The notes under the pieces were generated by a model. It searched no databases, was not told the origin of the DNA, and worked only from the letters and a program-made list of their open reading frames with translations. This document shows positions 45,815-56,598 of a stretch of 64,000 nucleotides of DNA, piece by piece. This DNA comes from a virus, in IMG/VR virus record IMGVR_UViG_3300003690_000090, positions 8,989 through 72,988 of that record; one strand, given 5' to 3'. Every line of letters starts with the position of its first letter. The stretch's first letter is position 1. The translations under genes and the position numbers were made by a program.

Positions 45815-48072
45815 TGCCCGAATATCAGCTCAGCGATTTCGACGATGATGCGCTCTCGCCGCTACTGGTGATGGAACAGCTCAAGGCGCACGACAAGCGC
45901 ATGCGCCATGGAAGGCCCCAGTGGGCGCTCGCAAAAGCCGCCTACATGACTCGCTACTGGGAGCATATTCGCGGCGACAAGAAGACGGACGACAAGAACC
46001 AGCCCACAGGTGTTGATGTAGAGGTGAACAGGTTGTGGGGTGTATTGAGTTCCTATCTCGGAGCTCTATACCCACGAGCAAACCGAGCCGTCTTTGGTGC
46101 GGATCCGGATGGTACCGGCGAGCCAGACAAAGCAGAGTTGGCGACGAACAGACTTTTGAGTTCCGCAAGAATCCACAGTCGAATCATGTCTGGATTGCGC
46201 CAGGCGCTTCTGTATCCAGGTTGCGGAGGGAAAGTTGGGTACCACCCTGGGCATGGTTCTGCGCTCGACAGAGTATGGATTCGCGTCATCCCATGGTGGG
46301 AGATGGTGCTTGATTCCGACGTGACTGACGCGGCAGATGAGAGATTCCGCTGCCACGCCTATTACCAACCCAAGAAGGAAGTAGAAAAGGAATACGACCT
46401 TGAGGACCTGGTGGGGACCTCGAGGCAGGACTTTCTTGATTCTTCCGGCCTGTCAGAATCTAGCAACCAAACCCGTAGTTTTCGAAAAAACCAGCGGAAA
46501 GCCCCAAGCGATGAGGGTGCCTTCGTGCGCGTGCTTGAGGTGTGCAATCTGAAAGACACCATCAAGGACGATCACGATGATTCCATCACCTACCAAGGTC
46601 GTCTAGAGATTTACGTCCTCGGCCAGGGAGAGATGTCCAAGGTTCCGATATGGATGGGTCCGCTGCCCTTTGCGTCTCCAGACGGAACGCCACTTCCACA
46701 TATTGTTCCTTTGGTATTCAACCATGAGCCTGAGTTTCCGCTGCGTGGAGTAGCGCACTCGACGCGCATCCTTCCGCAGATTCAGGAGTTGAACGCCTAC
46801 CGATCGTTCATGGCGATGGCCACCCGCAAGGACACCAGGCAGTACGTCACGCGCAAGGGGACGTTCAACTCCGATGAGCTCACGGAACTGACAGAAGGTA
46901 GTGATGGCTTGATTCTGCAGGTTTCTGAAGACTTCGAGCGCCCGCTGTCTGAGGCGGTGTACCCGATTCCTACCGCACCCATCTCTGCAAACATTGATCG
47001 GTATCTTAAGGAAGTAGAGCACGATTTGGATCGTGCGATTGGCACTTCCCCGTCAGCACGAGGCATTGTAACCAAGGCCACCGCATTCGAAGTGCAAACA
47101 GTTCAGCAGTACACAGAATCCGATTTTGGTATGCACGCCATGATCAAGGATGAATGGCTGGCAGATATTGTTCGCGTAGTGCTTCGTGCGCTTATTGCGG
47201 CCATGCAGGATTTTGGTGATTCAGCTGGCGCGTATGACGAGCAAGAAGTCGAGCTCGCGGAAGTGGGTGCCATCGCTGACGAAGATGGCTCGCCTGGCGA
47301 GGAAGACGTCGAGGAACAAGAAGAGGCGGCAGAGGAGGCAGAGGAGGAAGGTTCCGCAGCTCCTCATGTTGATGATGAAGAGATTGAAGATATTCGCCCC
47401 GAGGAAGACGAAGAGACTGATGATGTTCGCCCTGAAGAAGACGAAGAGACTGATCTTGCTGTTGAGGCACAGGCCTTGGTGCTACGCGATCGCAACAACA
47501 TGGTCGAGGTTTCGGTTGAGGATCTGGACGCCAACTTCGAGATTAGCTTTGTCGAGGGTGGCCGAACGCCGCTAAACGATACGGCCATGCAGCAGAACCT
47601 GATCGGCCTTCTCGAGCCGTACATGGCGCTGTGGGATCAAGCCCAGAAGGGCGGACCCATGGGGATCTTTGCCAGAAACTACATGAAGACGATTGCTGAA
47701 AGGTTCGATCTCCCCCGCGATTTGCATCCAGAAGAGATGGAAGCAGCCACTGATGAGGAGAAGGAAACACAGGAAGAAATGTCCCCCGAGGACGCAGAAA
47801 TGGCCGAGGCCGCGCAACCGCAACAGGGCGGTAGCCTCGATGCGCTATTGCAGTTGCCACCCGAACAAGCCATTGCCCAGTTGAGGCAAGTCTTTGCGGA
47901 CGATCCAAAGGTCCAGCAGATGCTTGACCAGATTGAACAACTGCCCCCCGAGCAGCAAGCAGAGGTTATCGCACAGTTGGTGAGCGGTGGTGCAGAGCAA
48001 CAACCCGCAGGGCAGCCGCCTGCCGAGCAACCACCAACGCCGCCCCCTGGAGGCCCAGTTGGCCCTGTATAG
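45814..48072 (+). CDS. Portal protein
   Basis: 752 aa directly after terL; Q.ELN, G....RG...ATA.E motifs; acidic insertion and Q/P-rich tail. Confidence 0.85.
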   Translation: MPEYQLSDFDDDALSPLLVMEQLKAHDKRMRHGRPQWALAKAAYMTRYWEHIRGDKKTDDKNQPTGVDVEVNRLWGVLSSYLGALYPRANRAVFGADPDGTGEPDKAELATNRLLSSARIHSRIMSGLRQALLYPGCGGKVGYHPGHGSALDRVWIRVIPWWEMVLDSDVTDAADERFRCHAYYQPKKEVEKEYDLEDLVGTSRQDFLDSSGLSESSNQTRSFRKNQRKAPSDEGAFVRVLEVCNLKDTIKDDHDDSITYQGRLEIYVLGQGEMSKVPIWMGPLPFASPDGTPLPHIVPLVFNHEPEFPLRGVAHSTRILPQIQELNAYRSFMAMATRKDTRQYVTRKGTFNSDELTELTEGSDGLILQVSEDFERPLSEAVYPIPTAPISANIDRYLKEVEHDLDRAIGTSPSARGIVTKATAFEVQTVQQYTESDFGMHAMIKDEWLADIVRVVLRALIAAMQDFGDSAGAYDEQEVELAEVGAIADEDGSPGEEDVEEQEEAAEEAEEEGSAAPHVDDEEIEDIRPEEDEETDDVRPEEDEETDLAVEAQALVLRDRNNMVEVSVEDLDANFEISFVEGGRTPLNDTAMQQNLIGLLEPYMALWDQAQKGGPMGIFARNYMKTIAERFDLPRDLHPEEMEAATDEEKETQEEMSPEDAEMAEAAQPQQGGSLDALLQLPPEQAIAQLRQVFADDPKVQQMLDQIEQLPPEQQAEVIAQLVSGGAEQQPAGQPPAEQPPTPPPGGPVGPV

Positions 48073-48640
48073 TTTCTTTTGCCCCGCGAACCACGAGACG
48101 GAGCACATCTCGTCTCAAGAAAATCGACCCGCATCAATTGTTTGTCGGGAGTGTGGAGATGCGGCCAGGTATCGCTTGACGGTGGCCAAGAACAATGGCT
48201 GGGCGAATCGTTCTACTGACGTTTCGAACTACAGGGGTCTCGCGTTGCATGATTTTCGATGCAGAGATTGTGGAGAGGTTTTCGAGGAAATCATTGATTT
48301 TTCCGAGGGCGAATCCGTGCATGACGGGCAAGAGTGCCCGAAGTGCCCGGGTCATTCCACTTGGGTGCCGTCGGTTCAAATCGATCGTTGGGGTGAGCAG
48401 TTTCCCTACTACGACCGTGGATTGGGGGTCATGCTCAAAAACAAGGCGCACAGGCGTCAAATCTGCAAGGAGCGCGGCCTTACTCCAGTAGAGGGCGATT
48501 ATGACGTTGAGCGCGAGTACTCAAAGTGGGATACTCGTGTTGCAGAAGAAACTGCAGAATACGAAGACTATTGCGATAAACTCGATAACCACCCTGGGTT
48601 CAAAGAGCTGAGAAAAGCTCAAGATCAGGGACGCCTCTAG
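48059..48640 (+). CDS. FmdB-like tandem Zn-ribbon protein
   Basis: GGAGG RBS + TTG; LYSFFC..NH...CREC and HDFRCRDCG..FE...CPKC; typical position after portal. Confidence 0.7.
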   Translation: MALYSFFCPANHETEHISSQENRPASIVCRECGDAARYRLTVAKNNGWANRSTDVSNYRGLALHDFRCRDCGEVFEEIIDFSEGESVHDGQECPKCPGHSTWVPSVQIDRWGEQFPYYDRGLGVMLKNKAHRRQICKERGLTPVEGDYDVEREYSKWDTRVAEETAEYEDYCDKLDNHPGFKELRKAQDQGRL

Positions 48641-48651
48641 GGAGACACCAA

Positions 48652-49287
48652 ATGCCTATCGATCCCGCCACCGGACAACAACTGCCTTACGCTGGTGACC
48701 CCGGAGCCCCTGCCGGCGCACCCCCGATGCCGCCTGGTGGACCAGGTGCTGCGCCTGGTGGACCCGAGCCGACTCCAGAAGAGCTCGCCGAGCTTGAGGC
48801 CGGCAACGCTGAAATGCGTGGGGACGTGATGGCTGCAGCCGCGCCGCAGCCGGAGAAGCCCTACAGCACCAAGGCAATCGATACCTTGATTGGTGATTTC
48901 AACGACACCTTGGAGGCCTTGGCGGGCTCCGAGTTGCCTGATGTTGAGTGGGCACCCCCGGAGGGAGGCGGCGCAAAGTGGCCGAACCCGCTGCCCCAAG
49001 AGATTTTTGTGCCGCTGGTAGCGCTCACAGAAGCCCTGAAGATCGTCGGCGACGGTTCATTCTATGAGAAGCATGGCTTTGAACCCATGGAACTCACGAG
49101 TGACGCCGAACTTCGGAAGGCATCCGCAAATATGCGGAAAATGGCCAAGGACAAGGACTTGGCAGAGGCCATGCAAGCACCTATGGGGGCGGCTGGCCCG
49201 GGAGCACCTCCCGAGGGTGAAGAAATGCCGCCACCTCCTGGTGGATTTGAAGAAGAAGATGAGCTCTTGGCGCAGAACTTGACATAA
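48652..49287 (+). CDS. Head morphogenesis-region protein, P/G/E-rich
   Basis: GGAG RBS; 211 aa. Confidence 0.6.
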   Translation: MPIDPATGQQLPYAGDPGAPAGAPPMPPGGPGAAPGGPEPTPEELAELEAGNAEMRGDVMAAAAPQPEKPYSTKAIDTLIGDFNDTLEALAGSELPDVEWAPPEGGGAKWPNPLPQEIFVPLVALTEALKIVGDGSFYEKHGFEPMELTSDAELRKASANMRKMAKDKDLAEAMQAPMGAAGPGAPPEGEEMPPPPGGFEEEDELLAQNLT

Positions 49288-49343
49288 GTTGCGCCGACTA
49301 TAATGGGGGTGGTAGAGTCGTCCCCAATACGACTAGGTGATTT

Positions 49344-50369
49344 GTGGAAGACACGCAGATTGAAAATGCAGAACAACCTGTAGAGCCTACTGAATCTGTT
49401 GCTACTACAGGCGACGACCAGGCCCTTTCATCTTCTGAAACAAACGAGCCTGTTGCTGCACCTGAATATACGGACGACCAGGCCGATGCGGAAATCAACC
49501 GCATGTACGGGACTGCGCAAGTAGACGAGTCGCCAGAAGAGCAGCAATCCGCGCCACCTATTGATGAGGGCGCCAAGCATGTTTTCAATGCGCTCGACAG
49601 TGAGCTCGGTCAAATCGAAGAGCTGGAGCATGATGGTTTCTACGGTGACATCACCGAGGACCACATCAAGGAGCTCCCGACTGTAGCCCGCCGCATTCTC
49701 CACAACTTCCGCATCGATCGGAAGAAGCAGGAGCAGCGACACCTTCGGGAAATGTCGTCCATTCGGAGCGAAACCGAAGACCGGGAGCAGGGCCTGGCCA
49801 AGGCAGAGCGAGAGTTTTCTCGTCGTCAATCCGAGTTCGCTGCGCTGATCGATGACCCAAAGGTCCAATCGATTCTCAACCAGCCCGACACTGAAATGCC
49901 CGATGTCTTCACAGAAGAAGGCATTAATGCTCGCATTCAGCGTGGAATCGCGCAGGGCTTGAACACCATCTTGTCTCCGATGAAGGATGCAGCGGATCAA
50001 AAGGGACGCGAGAGCGCCTATCTTGATTTTGTCAGCGGCCACCCGGAAATGCGCAAGCCGTCTTTCAAGAAGGCTGTTGTCGGGCTCGTTCGCAATCGAG
50101 CCCAGGCTGGCAATCCTGTTTCAACGCAAGACGCCTATCAGCTGGTGAAAGCCCAGCAGATGATTGCCGACCAGCAGGCTCGATCTGCGCGTGAAACGAG
50201 AGCAAGGCAGCAATCCGCCAAGCGCATTGGAAGAAATGTCGCCAGCGGCACGCCAGATTCTGCTACCATTCCGCCTGATGTCCAAAAGCGAGGAGCTTAT
50301 GCTATCGCCCAGTGGCTTCAAGCAAACCCAGAAGCCGCAAAGACGATAGATAGACAGATTCGGTCCTGA
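49344..50369 (+). CDS. Capsid scaffolding protein
   Basis: Acidic N-terminus and coiled coil, directly upstream of the major capsid gene. Confidence 0.7.
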   Translation: MEDTQIENAEQPVEPTESVATTGDDQALSSSETNEPVAAPEYTDDQADAEINRMYGTAQVDESPEEQQSAPPIDEGAKHVFNALDSELGQIEELEHDGFYGDITEDHIKELPTVARRILHNFRIDRKKQEQRHLREMSSIRSETEDREQGLAKAEREFSRRQSEFAALIDDPKVQSILNQPDTEMPDVFTEEGINARIQRGIAQGLNTILSPMKDAADQKGRESAYLDFVSGHPEMRKPSFKKAVVGLVRNRAQAGNPVSTQDAYQLVKAQQMIADQQARSARETRARQQSAKRIGRNVASGTPDSATIPPDVQKRGAYAIAQWLQANPEAAKTIDRQIRS

Positions 50370-50403
50370 CACCACCTTTTCCCTCCCCCGGAGACGCTAG
50401 ACC

Positions 50404-51453
50404 ATGGCCACTACCACCCTAACCATTGGAAATGAACTTCTTTCTACCACGATGCATATCGTGGCGAAGGAGTGGCGCGATACCCTGCATGAGTCTGTGG
50501 CGTTTCTTGACGCATCTGCTCGTGTCCACGGCGAGGGCAACCCGACCCAAGCTGGTGGTACCCGTATCGTAGTGCCCATCGGAACTGGCGAGCACTCCTC
50601 GACCACCCGCATGCAGACCGGTTTTGAGCGAATCAACCTGTCTGTGTCCGATGTGTTCCAGCCGGCCGTGTACTCGTGGGGACACGTTGTGCGGCCTGTG
50701 GCCATCTCGGCAGAAGAAGAGATGATCAACCAGGGCGATGCCGCTGTGTTGTCCATCCTCGAGTCTCGCGTCAAGATGACCGCGAATGCCCTTAAGCGTG
50801 ACTTTGTGCAGCAAATCGTTCAGGGCTCCGTCGTCGGTTGGGAAGACTGGTCGACCCTCAATGGCGTTGATGGCAACTTTGGTGCCGCCAACACCGGCTT
50901 CCTCGAGGAACTGGCCACCACAGCTCAAACCAACACGGTTGGAGGCATCGCCAAAATCACTACCGGCACCGGTTGGGTGAACCAGCGTTTCGACGGTGGT
51001 GCATCTTTCAACGCCAATGGCCTGGCGGGACTCTACGACCTCATGGTCGAGATCAACGCGGTCAGCCCCTCCGGACCCCCCAACGTGATTCTTGCCTCCA
51101 GAAGTGGATTCAAGAACCTCAAGCGTTCGCTGTCGGCCCAGGAGCGCTACGTCGATCAGAGCTCGCTCGACGGTGGCCGGATGGTCCAGTTGTGGGACGG
51201 CATTCAGATTGATGTCGAATACAACATGCCTGTTGCTGGTACGAACACCACAGCAGATCCCATCAGCTTCTACTTCCTGAACCTGGACGACATTCACGTT
51301 CTGTGGGATCCGGCGGGCTACTTTGACCTGTCCGATTTCGAGACCGTGTCTGGTGAGTACGATGTTCGCGCCGCCAAGTTGCGCGTGCGTGGTCAGCTGC
51401 TTGCCAAGCACCTTGGTTCCAGCGGAATCGCTTTCGACCTCGAAACCTTCTAG
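50404..51453 (+). CDS. Major capsid protein (HK97 fold)
   Basis: 349 aa; GG..I.VP, IS..E...N.G...V..IL pattern; highly biased codons; position. Confidence 0.85.
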   Translation: MATTTLTIGNELLSTTMHIVAKEWRDTLHESVAFLDASARVHGEGNPTQAGGTRIVVPIGTGEHSSTTRMQTGFERINLSVSDVFQPAVYSWGHVVRPVAISAEEEMINQGDAAVLSILESRVKMTANALKRDFVQQIVQGSVVGWEDWSTLNGVDGNFGAANTGFLEELATTAQTNTVGGIAKITTGTGWVNQRFDGGASFNANGLAGLYDLMVEINAVSPSGPPNVILASRSGFKNLKRSLSAQERYVDQSSLDGGRMVQLWDGIQIDVEYNMPVAGTNTTADPISFYFLNLDDIHVLWDPAGYFDLSDFETVSGEYDVRAAKLRVRGQLLAKHLGSSGIAFDLETF

Positions 51454-51530
51454 GTCAACATTTGGGCTGGGGGCATTCCGTCCCCAGCCCTCCCAACAGC
51501 CCAATCAATCAAAAGAGGGAGGATTGAAAC

Positions 51531-51983
51531 ATGGCAGTTCATAAAATTGATGGTGGCCCTGGCGGCGAAAACGACCATTTTCCAAAGAAGTATGTGACCT
51601 TGTACGGCACGGGGGCAATCACCGCTGGTGACTGGGTTCATCTTGAAACCGGAACCGGAGTGACCGACTACGACCTGAACGGTGTTGGCGCGTCTGTGAC
51701 GACAGCTGGCGCTGTCGCCAACGGAAACATGGCGGTCCTCGGTGTTGCAACCGAGACCACCACCGCCGCTGGATATCTCACCATCCAGATTGCGGGCAAA
51801 TATGCCAGCGCAAATGTTGCAACCAGTGTGGCTGCTGGTGCTGGGCTCATTGTCGATGCCACCTCGGCTGGACGGGCGGTCCTGACGACAGCATCTGATG
51901 TCGGGAATGCTTGTGGCGTTTGCCTCGTTCTCGCCGCCAGCAACCAGGCCGATGTGATGATCATCAACCAGGGCTTCTTTTAG
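51531..51983 (+). CDS. Capsid decoration/cement protein
   Basis: AI.AGD.V, LGVA, IQIAG; small A/G/T-rich protein after the MCP. Confidence 0.65.
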   Translation: MAVHKIDGGPGGENDHFPKKYVTLYGTGAITAGDWVHLETGTGVTDYDLNGVGASVTTAGAVANGNMAVLGVATETTTAAGYLTIQIAGKYASANVATSVAAGAGLIVDATSAGRAVLTTASDVGNACGVCLVLAASNQADVMIINQGFF

Positions 51984-52030
51984 GCCACCGCCTCGACACC
52001 ACCCCGGAGACTCTCATCCTCTCCGGAATC

Positions 52031-52075
52031 ATCCGGCGGCTGGGGTACAATCACCCTGGTCGCCGGATTTCTTTT
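52031..52075 (+). terminator. Intrinsic terminator after the capsid genes
   Basis: ATCCGGCG...CGCCGGAT stem + TTCTTTT. Confidence 0.65.
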
Positions 52076-52085
52076 AGGAGGCACT

Positions 52086-53414
52086 GTGAATTTCAAAGAG
52101 CTCAGGCAAGAAGTCAACAGTGCGCTGGACTACAACCCTGATCTCGCGGCCTACCGGGACCAGGTTTCACGCGTTGTGAATCGGCACTACATCCGCATTA
52201 GCGCCCAGTACCCCTGGCTGTTTCTCCAAAAGGCCGAGGACATGAACCTCAAGGCCAAGGTTGAGGGAAGCGCTGGCGTTACGGCCGCAGTGGCCGCTGG
52301 AAACAACCGCCTGGTGGTTGGAGTCAATACGACATTTGACGCCAGCTGGGAAGGACAGACCTTCATTATTGGTGGAGACGAGTACACCATCGGAAAGGTG
52401 ACCACCACCACCGCCATGTACGTCACCCAAGAGATACCGACGACTACCGCTACCACATCATGGAGCGTAGAGTTCCGCCGATACGCATTGCCCACACAAT
52501 GCTCCGAGATTCTTGGAATCATGAGCCGCGCTGATGATCGCGGGCGCCTGATGTTCATCGACCGCCGAAAGGAAGAAGAGCACTACCTTGATCGGGACAC
52601 CACGGGCGATCCGATTCTGTTCATCGAAGATGATCACATGACGACCAGAGCTCCTATTGAGGCACCAAACCTAACGGTTGGTACAGCGAGCGTTTCCCCC
52701 ACGACAGCATTGAAAAACAGCAACGAATACGAGTACTGCTATACCTTTGATTTTGAAGGAATCGAAAGCCCACCATCGCTTGTTGCGACCGCGACAACCA
52801 ACTCAACTGGAAACCCACAGATTACTGTCGATAGGCTGGAGGATACCCAGTGGTGGGACTCAGATACCGGTGCGGGATCGGGGGCGCTTGTATTGTCCGG
52901 AAAGTACAAGAACCTGTACCGACGGGACAAGACGAATTCTGGTAGATGGGTTCGTATTGCTTCTTTGACTTCTGCACTCAAGGGATTCACCGACGACGAG
53001 ATCCTTATCGGAAACAGTGGCGAAACCGGCAAGCTGGATGTCTACAATCACGATGACTACTTCACGCTCTATTCCCTCCAACCGGTTCAACACATCCGGG
53101 CCTGGTACACCGCCGGTACTGACATCGCTGTGGAGATTCGATACGCAGCAGCTGTGCAGAGAATGCAGGCGGACTTTGATGTTCCGGAATGGCCTACTCA
53201 ATACCACCACTTGCTCGTCTACAAGTCTCTCGAGGACATCTGCATGCAACACGGGATGATCGGGCAGTCTCAGCTCTATGAGCGCCGATCTCGTGAAATG
53301 CTGAGAGCCATGAAGGACAAGTGGTTGGCTCGCCAGGCCAGGCAGTTCATCCGGCGCGGATTTGACGACAAACTCTTCCAGAGTGAGCGCTGGGGAACCC
53401 CTTCTAAGGCCTAA
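52086..53414 (+). CDS. Head-tail adaptor/tail tubular protein A-like
   Basis: MNF.EL..EV, W.FL, Y.LP, P..YH..LVY pattern; position. Confidence 0.65.
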   Translation: MNFKELRQEVNSALDYNPDLAAYRDQVSRVVNRHYIRISAQYPWLFLQKAEDMNLKAKVEGSAGVTAAVAAGNNRLVVGVNTTFDASWEGQTFIIGGDEYTIGKVTTTTAMYVTQEIPTTTATTSWSVEFRRYALPTQCSEILGIMSRADDRGRLMFIDRRKEEEHYLDRDTTGDPILFIEDDHMTTRAPIEAPNLTVGTASVSPTTALKNSNEYEYCYTFDFEGIESPPSLVATATTNSTGNPQITVDRLEDTQWWDSDTGAGSGALVLSGKYKNLYRRDKTNSGRWVRIASLTSALKGFTDDEILIGNSGETGKLDVYNHDDYFTLYSLQPVQHIRAWYTAGTDIAVEIRYAAAVQRMQADFDVPEWPTQYHHLLVYKSLEDICMQHGMIGQSQLYERRSREMLRAMKDKWLARQARQFIRRGFDDKLFQSERWGTPSKA

Positions 53415-53416
53415 GA

Positions 53417-55870
53417 ATGAAAACCCAAACCTTTCAGGTTCTACAACTTCGCGGAATGAACGAGCGCTGGGTTCCAGAGCCCAACGAGGCCGAGCTGATC
53501 CGCGACATGACGTGGGACGGAAAGGATGGGTGGAAGGACTCTGGCGGCTATCGTGCGATCGCAACCAAGTTCACTACGGAAGGGACTGGAAAGGAAGGGG
53601 CGCTCGAAAGTTCTGGAAATCCCTTTTCCCTTTTCGGGAACCGATACAGCATCACCAGCATTCATTGGTTTGCTCAACACAACGGAGCTCGGCAGTGGAT
53701 GGTTTACGAAACCGAAAATGGGCGGCTTCGCGCTTTCGACGGGGCGCGGGCACCGTATGACAACCCATGGAGGGATCTAAAGCAGATCAACTACACGGGT
53801 GATTCCTCGTTTTCGACAACCAACAACATCACTAAACGACAGTTCGACCCCCTCGGTTTTGGCACTCAATACCAAGTCTGGGGTGGGCGCCTGTACATGG
53901 TCAATGGCCTCAACGAGCCGTTGGTGTTCGACGGCGAGAAAGTCGAAAGGGCGGGATTCCATACAGCTCCCGCCCAGGGTCAAGGCTCAACAAACTATGA
54001 GTTCGCCGCAACCTCTTGTGGCTGGCCGGAACAGCATGAAGCTCACAACACAGTGGACGCTACCGGCAGCGGGGGCGACCTTAGGGACTGGGTCGTTACC
54101 GGCCTCAGAATGCGCACGGAACTAGACGGCGGCGGCGACGACGCAAAAAATGGTGCCGTGTTTTTCAACGAGATTCCGGGCCTTGGTCTTGGCTACAAGC
54201 ACATTCCGGAAAACCCAATCAATTACGAACCCAACCACCTTATCGATCCACAGTTCCTGAGAAAGGATCTCTACCAATACAGGGTCACGTTTGTGAATGA
54301 GCGCGGCCAGGAATCGCCGCCATCCATTCCAACAGACGGCGTTCAGATTCGCAACGGAATTGGTGAACAGTCTACAGACGGCGGCGCCACCGGCAACTTC
54401 GAAAGATCGAAGTCTGGTTGCCAAAAAGGTGGCCGGGGCCTCATCTGGCTCCAGATTCCTACTGGTGGCCCAGAAGTTGTCGCCAGGCGGGTTTATAGAA
54501 CGCGGCAGCAGATGGACAGTGACGGAAACCTGGTGAGTCTTAGCCGGGGTACGAAGTACTATTTTGTTAGAGAGATTCAAGACAACGCCACTACTGGGTT
54601 TCTTGATGGAGCTCCGGATACCCAGCTTGGCAGCTTGCTCGATGAGAGTGACTTTGGGCCATTTCCAAGCGATGCGGCCTACATCGCTGTGTTCAAGAAC
54701 ACCATGTTTGCCGCTGGTTCCAACGACAACCTGCTCCGGTTCTCTGCGCCGTTGATGCCCGAAGTTTTTCCGCTCGACAATACCTTCAACATTGGTGATT
54801 CCGTTGGCGGTCCGATCACAGGCATGAAGGCCACCAAGAATGCTTTGGTTGTCTTCAAGCGTCGTGGCATCTACCTCGTCAAGGGAGACACGTTCAATGG
54901 ATTTTACACCGAGACGCTAACCCAAGACGCTGGTTGTGTAGCGCCGAATTCCATTGCTGAAATTCCTAGCCTGGGCACAGTGTTTCTTTCGGAACAAGGC
55001 GTCATGATGTTGGAAGGCGCGTTGGAGAATACAGGAACGGAAACCAATCTTGTCCACCTAAGCACTCCGATTCCAGACCAGATTGCCAAAATCAATACAT
55101 CGGCAGTCATGAAATCAGCTTCTGCCATTTACCACAAAAACAAAGAGTATTGGCTGGCTGTTCCTACAACGGGTAGCCACAAAAACGATCTGGTCTTGAT
55201 TTTCCATTACGAGGTTGGTTCCTGGTCAGTTCGGGAAAACTTTCCAATCAATTGCATGGTGTGCTCTGAAGACCATCGCGGATACTTATTCTTTGGGTCG
55301 GATCAATCAGCCCCCGACGCGGCCGGCGCTTATTGGGGCAACATGAATGGTTATGTGGCCATGTCGCTAGCTCCATACGGAATCATGGTGTACACCCGTG
55401 GAGTCGAAACCAAGAACGGAACAGCGCTGGCCACCAGGTACGAAACGACACCGATTGCATTTGGAAGTGTCTTTTCTACCGTTCAGCCAGCTCATGTCAT
55501 GGTGTACGCCATTGGCATGGGCAACAACGATATGACGCTGAACTACCGCATCAATCGAACCCTGGACGAGTTGCGAGCTACCAGGCAGGCGGCAGACCAG
55601 CAAGATCCGAATGACCGTTTCGATGTATGGGGTACAGCTGTTTGGGGCTCGAGCGCTGTGACGACTGCGGCTAAGTGGTCTAAGCACAGGCCAACAGTCA
55701 TTCGGTTCGATGTGGCGGCAGACAGCCAGGGACCAGTGAAGGAATTTCAGTTCTCTATTCAGTGCGCTGGGCGCCGCATGCATGTCATTGGATACGACAT
55801 CGAAGCGAAGGTTGGTGAGCAGCGGAAGATCAAATCACTCAATGAAGCCCTGGCCCCGGAGCGTAGATAG
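53417..55870 (+). CDS. Tail nozzle/tubular protein B-like beta-propeller
   Basis: 817 aa; LRFS, ITG, LVVFK..GIY, GC.A..SI, FLS..G propeller motifs. Confidence 0.7.
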   Translation: MKTQTFQVLQLRGMNERWVPEPNEAELIRDMTWDGKDGWKDSGGYRAIATKFTTEGTGKEGALESSGNPFSLFGNRYSITSIHWFAQHNGARQWMVYETENGRLRAFDGARAPYDNPWRDLKQINYTGDSSFSTTNNITKRQFDPLGFGTQYQVWGGRLYMVNGLNEPLVFDGEKVERAGFHTAPAQGQGSTNYEFAATSCGWPEQHEAHNTVDATGSGGDLRDWVVTGLRMRTELDGGGDDAKNGAVFFNEIPGLGLGYKHIPENPINYEPNHLIDPQFLRKDLYQYRVTFVNERGQESPPSIPTDGVQIRNGIGEQSTDGGATGNFERSKSGCQKGGRGLIWLQIPTGGPEVVARRVYRTRQQMDSDGNLVSLSRGTKYYFVREIQDNATTGFLDGAPDTQLGSLLDESDFGPFPSDAAYIAVFKNTMFAAGSNDNLLRFSAPLMPEVFPLDNTFNIGDSVGGPITGMKATKNALVVFKRRGIYLVKGDTFNGFYTETLTQDAGCVAPNSIAEIPSLGTVFLSEQGVMMLEGALENTGTETNLVHLSTPIPDQIAKINTSAVMKSASAIYHKNKEYWLAVPTTGSHKNDLVLIFHYEVGSWSVRENFPINCMVCSEDHRGYLFFGSDQSAPDAAGAYWGNMNGYVAMSLAPYGIMVYTRGVETKNGTALATRYETTPIAFGSVFSTVQPAHVMVYAIGMGNNDMTLNYRINRTLDELRATRQAADQQDPNDRFDVWGTAVWGSSAVTTAAKWSKHRPTVIRFDVAADSQGPVKEFQFSIQCAGRRMHVIGYDIEAKVGEQRKIKSLNEALAPERR

Positions 55871-55872
55871 CG

Positions 55873-56598
55873 ATGTGCGCCTGGCGGTATAAACAAGAGT
55901 GGTTCGAAGACGGTGATGTAACCAGGCCGGAAGACTGGCTGGATAACGTCAGTGAGATTGCCAATGAGTTCAACGGGTATCTCGACAGCGATAATTTCAG
56001 AGAGCTGTCTCTTGGGATGGAGTACGTAAAGCAGAAAGCATTCAACAGCTTTCTTACCTATGGCTCATATCGTGATTGGGATTTCGACTATGGTTTTCCC
56101 GGGTGGACCGCTAGAAGCGGTAGCGAATCCGACGATCTGGCAACCGTTAAGGGGGAGGTAGCTAACGATGCGTTGTACATCATTGATTTCGGATGTCGGT
56201 GGCACTGGGCCAGATTGGCCTTCAGCCCCTCATTGGAGGACCTACTTAAAAAAGGAAAAAAATGGAACCAATTTGGTGATCGCATTCATCGGAATTGGCA
56301 CCACGTTCATACCTGTGTTCGTTTTAGGCTGGTAGCCAACAACACTGTCGTGGCGGAAAGTGGCTGGTCATCGAATACAATGGTTAACAGTTCGCTTCAT
56401 CTGACTGCCGCGATACCGCTTCCGGCCGGCTCGGTAGTCGTAAGAGCTGAAATGCAAGTTGCCGTCGCTAGCGGAATGGCACCATTCACGGACTTCTACT
56501 CTATCGGGCATAAGGTCACCAGCTCTGACCAGATTCAGTACGATAGAGGTCTGAAGGTTTATGACAGAGAACTCATCGTAAACATCAGGAAGAGATAA
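55873..56598 (+). CDS. Tail-associated protein
   Basis: 241 aa; N..NG.LD..N N-terminal motif. Confidence 0.55.
   Translation: MCAWRYKQEWFEDGDVTRPEDWLDNVSEIANEFNGYLDSDNFRELSLGMEYVKQKAFNSFLTYGSYRDWDFDYGFPGWTARSGSESDDLATVKGEVANDALYIIDFGCRWHWARLAFSPSLEDLLKKGKKWNQFGDRIHRNWHHVHTCVRFRLVANNTVVAESGWSSNTMVNSSLHLTAAIPLPAGSVVVRAEMQVAVASGMAPFTDFYSIGHKVTSSDQIQYDRGLKVYDRELIVNIRKR

Noticed and set aside
50419-51504. Long antisense ORFs (also 2803-3609, 21243-22259, 32419-33516, 60670-61758)
   Set aside because: They shadow well-supported genes on the other strand, as expected from GC-rich codon bias; no RBS or motifs
52001-52027. Hairpin CCGGAGA-ctctcatcc-TCTCCGG with a CU-rich loop as another anti-SD RNA
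   Set aside because: No extended match to a specific leader found; more simply a 3' stabilising hairpin before the capsid-operon terminator
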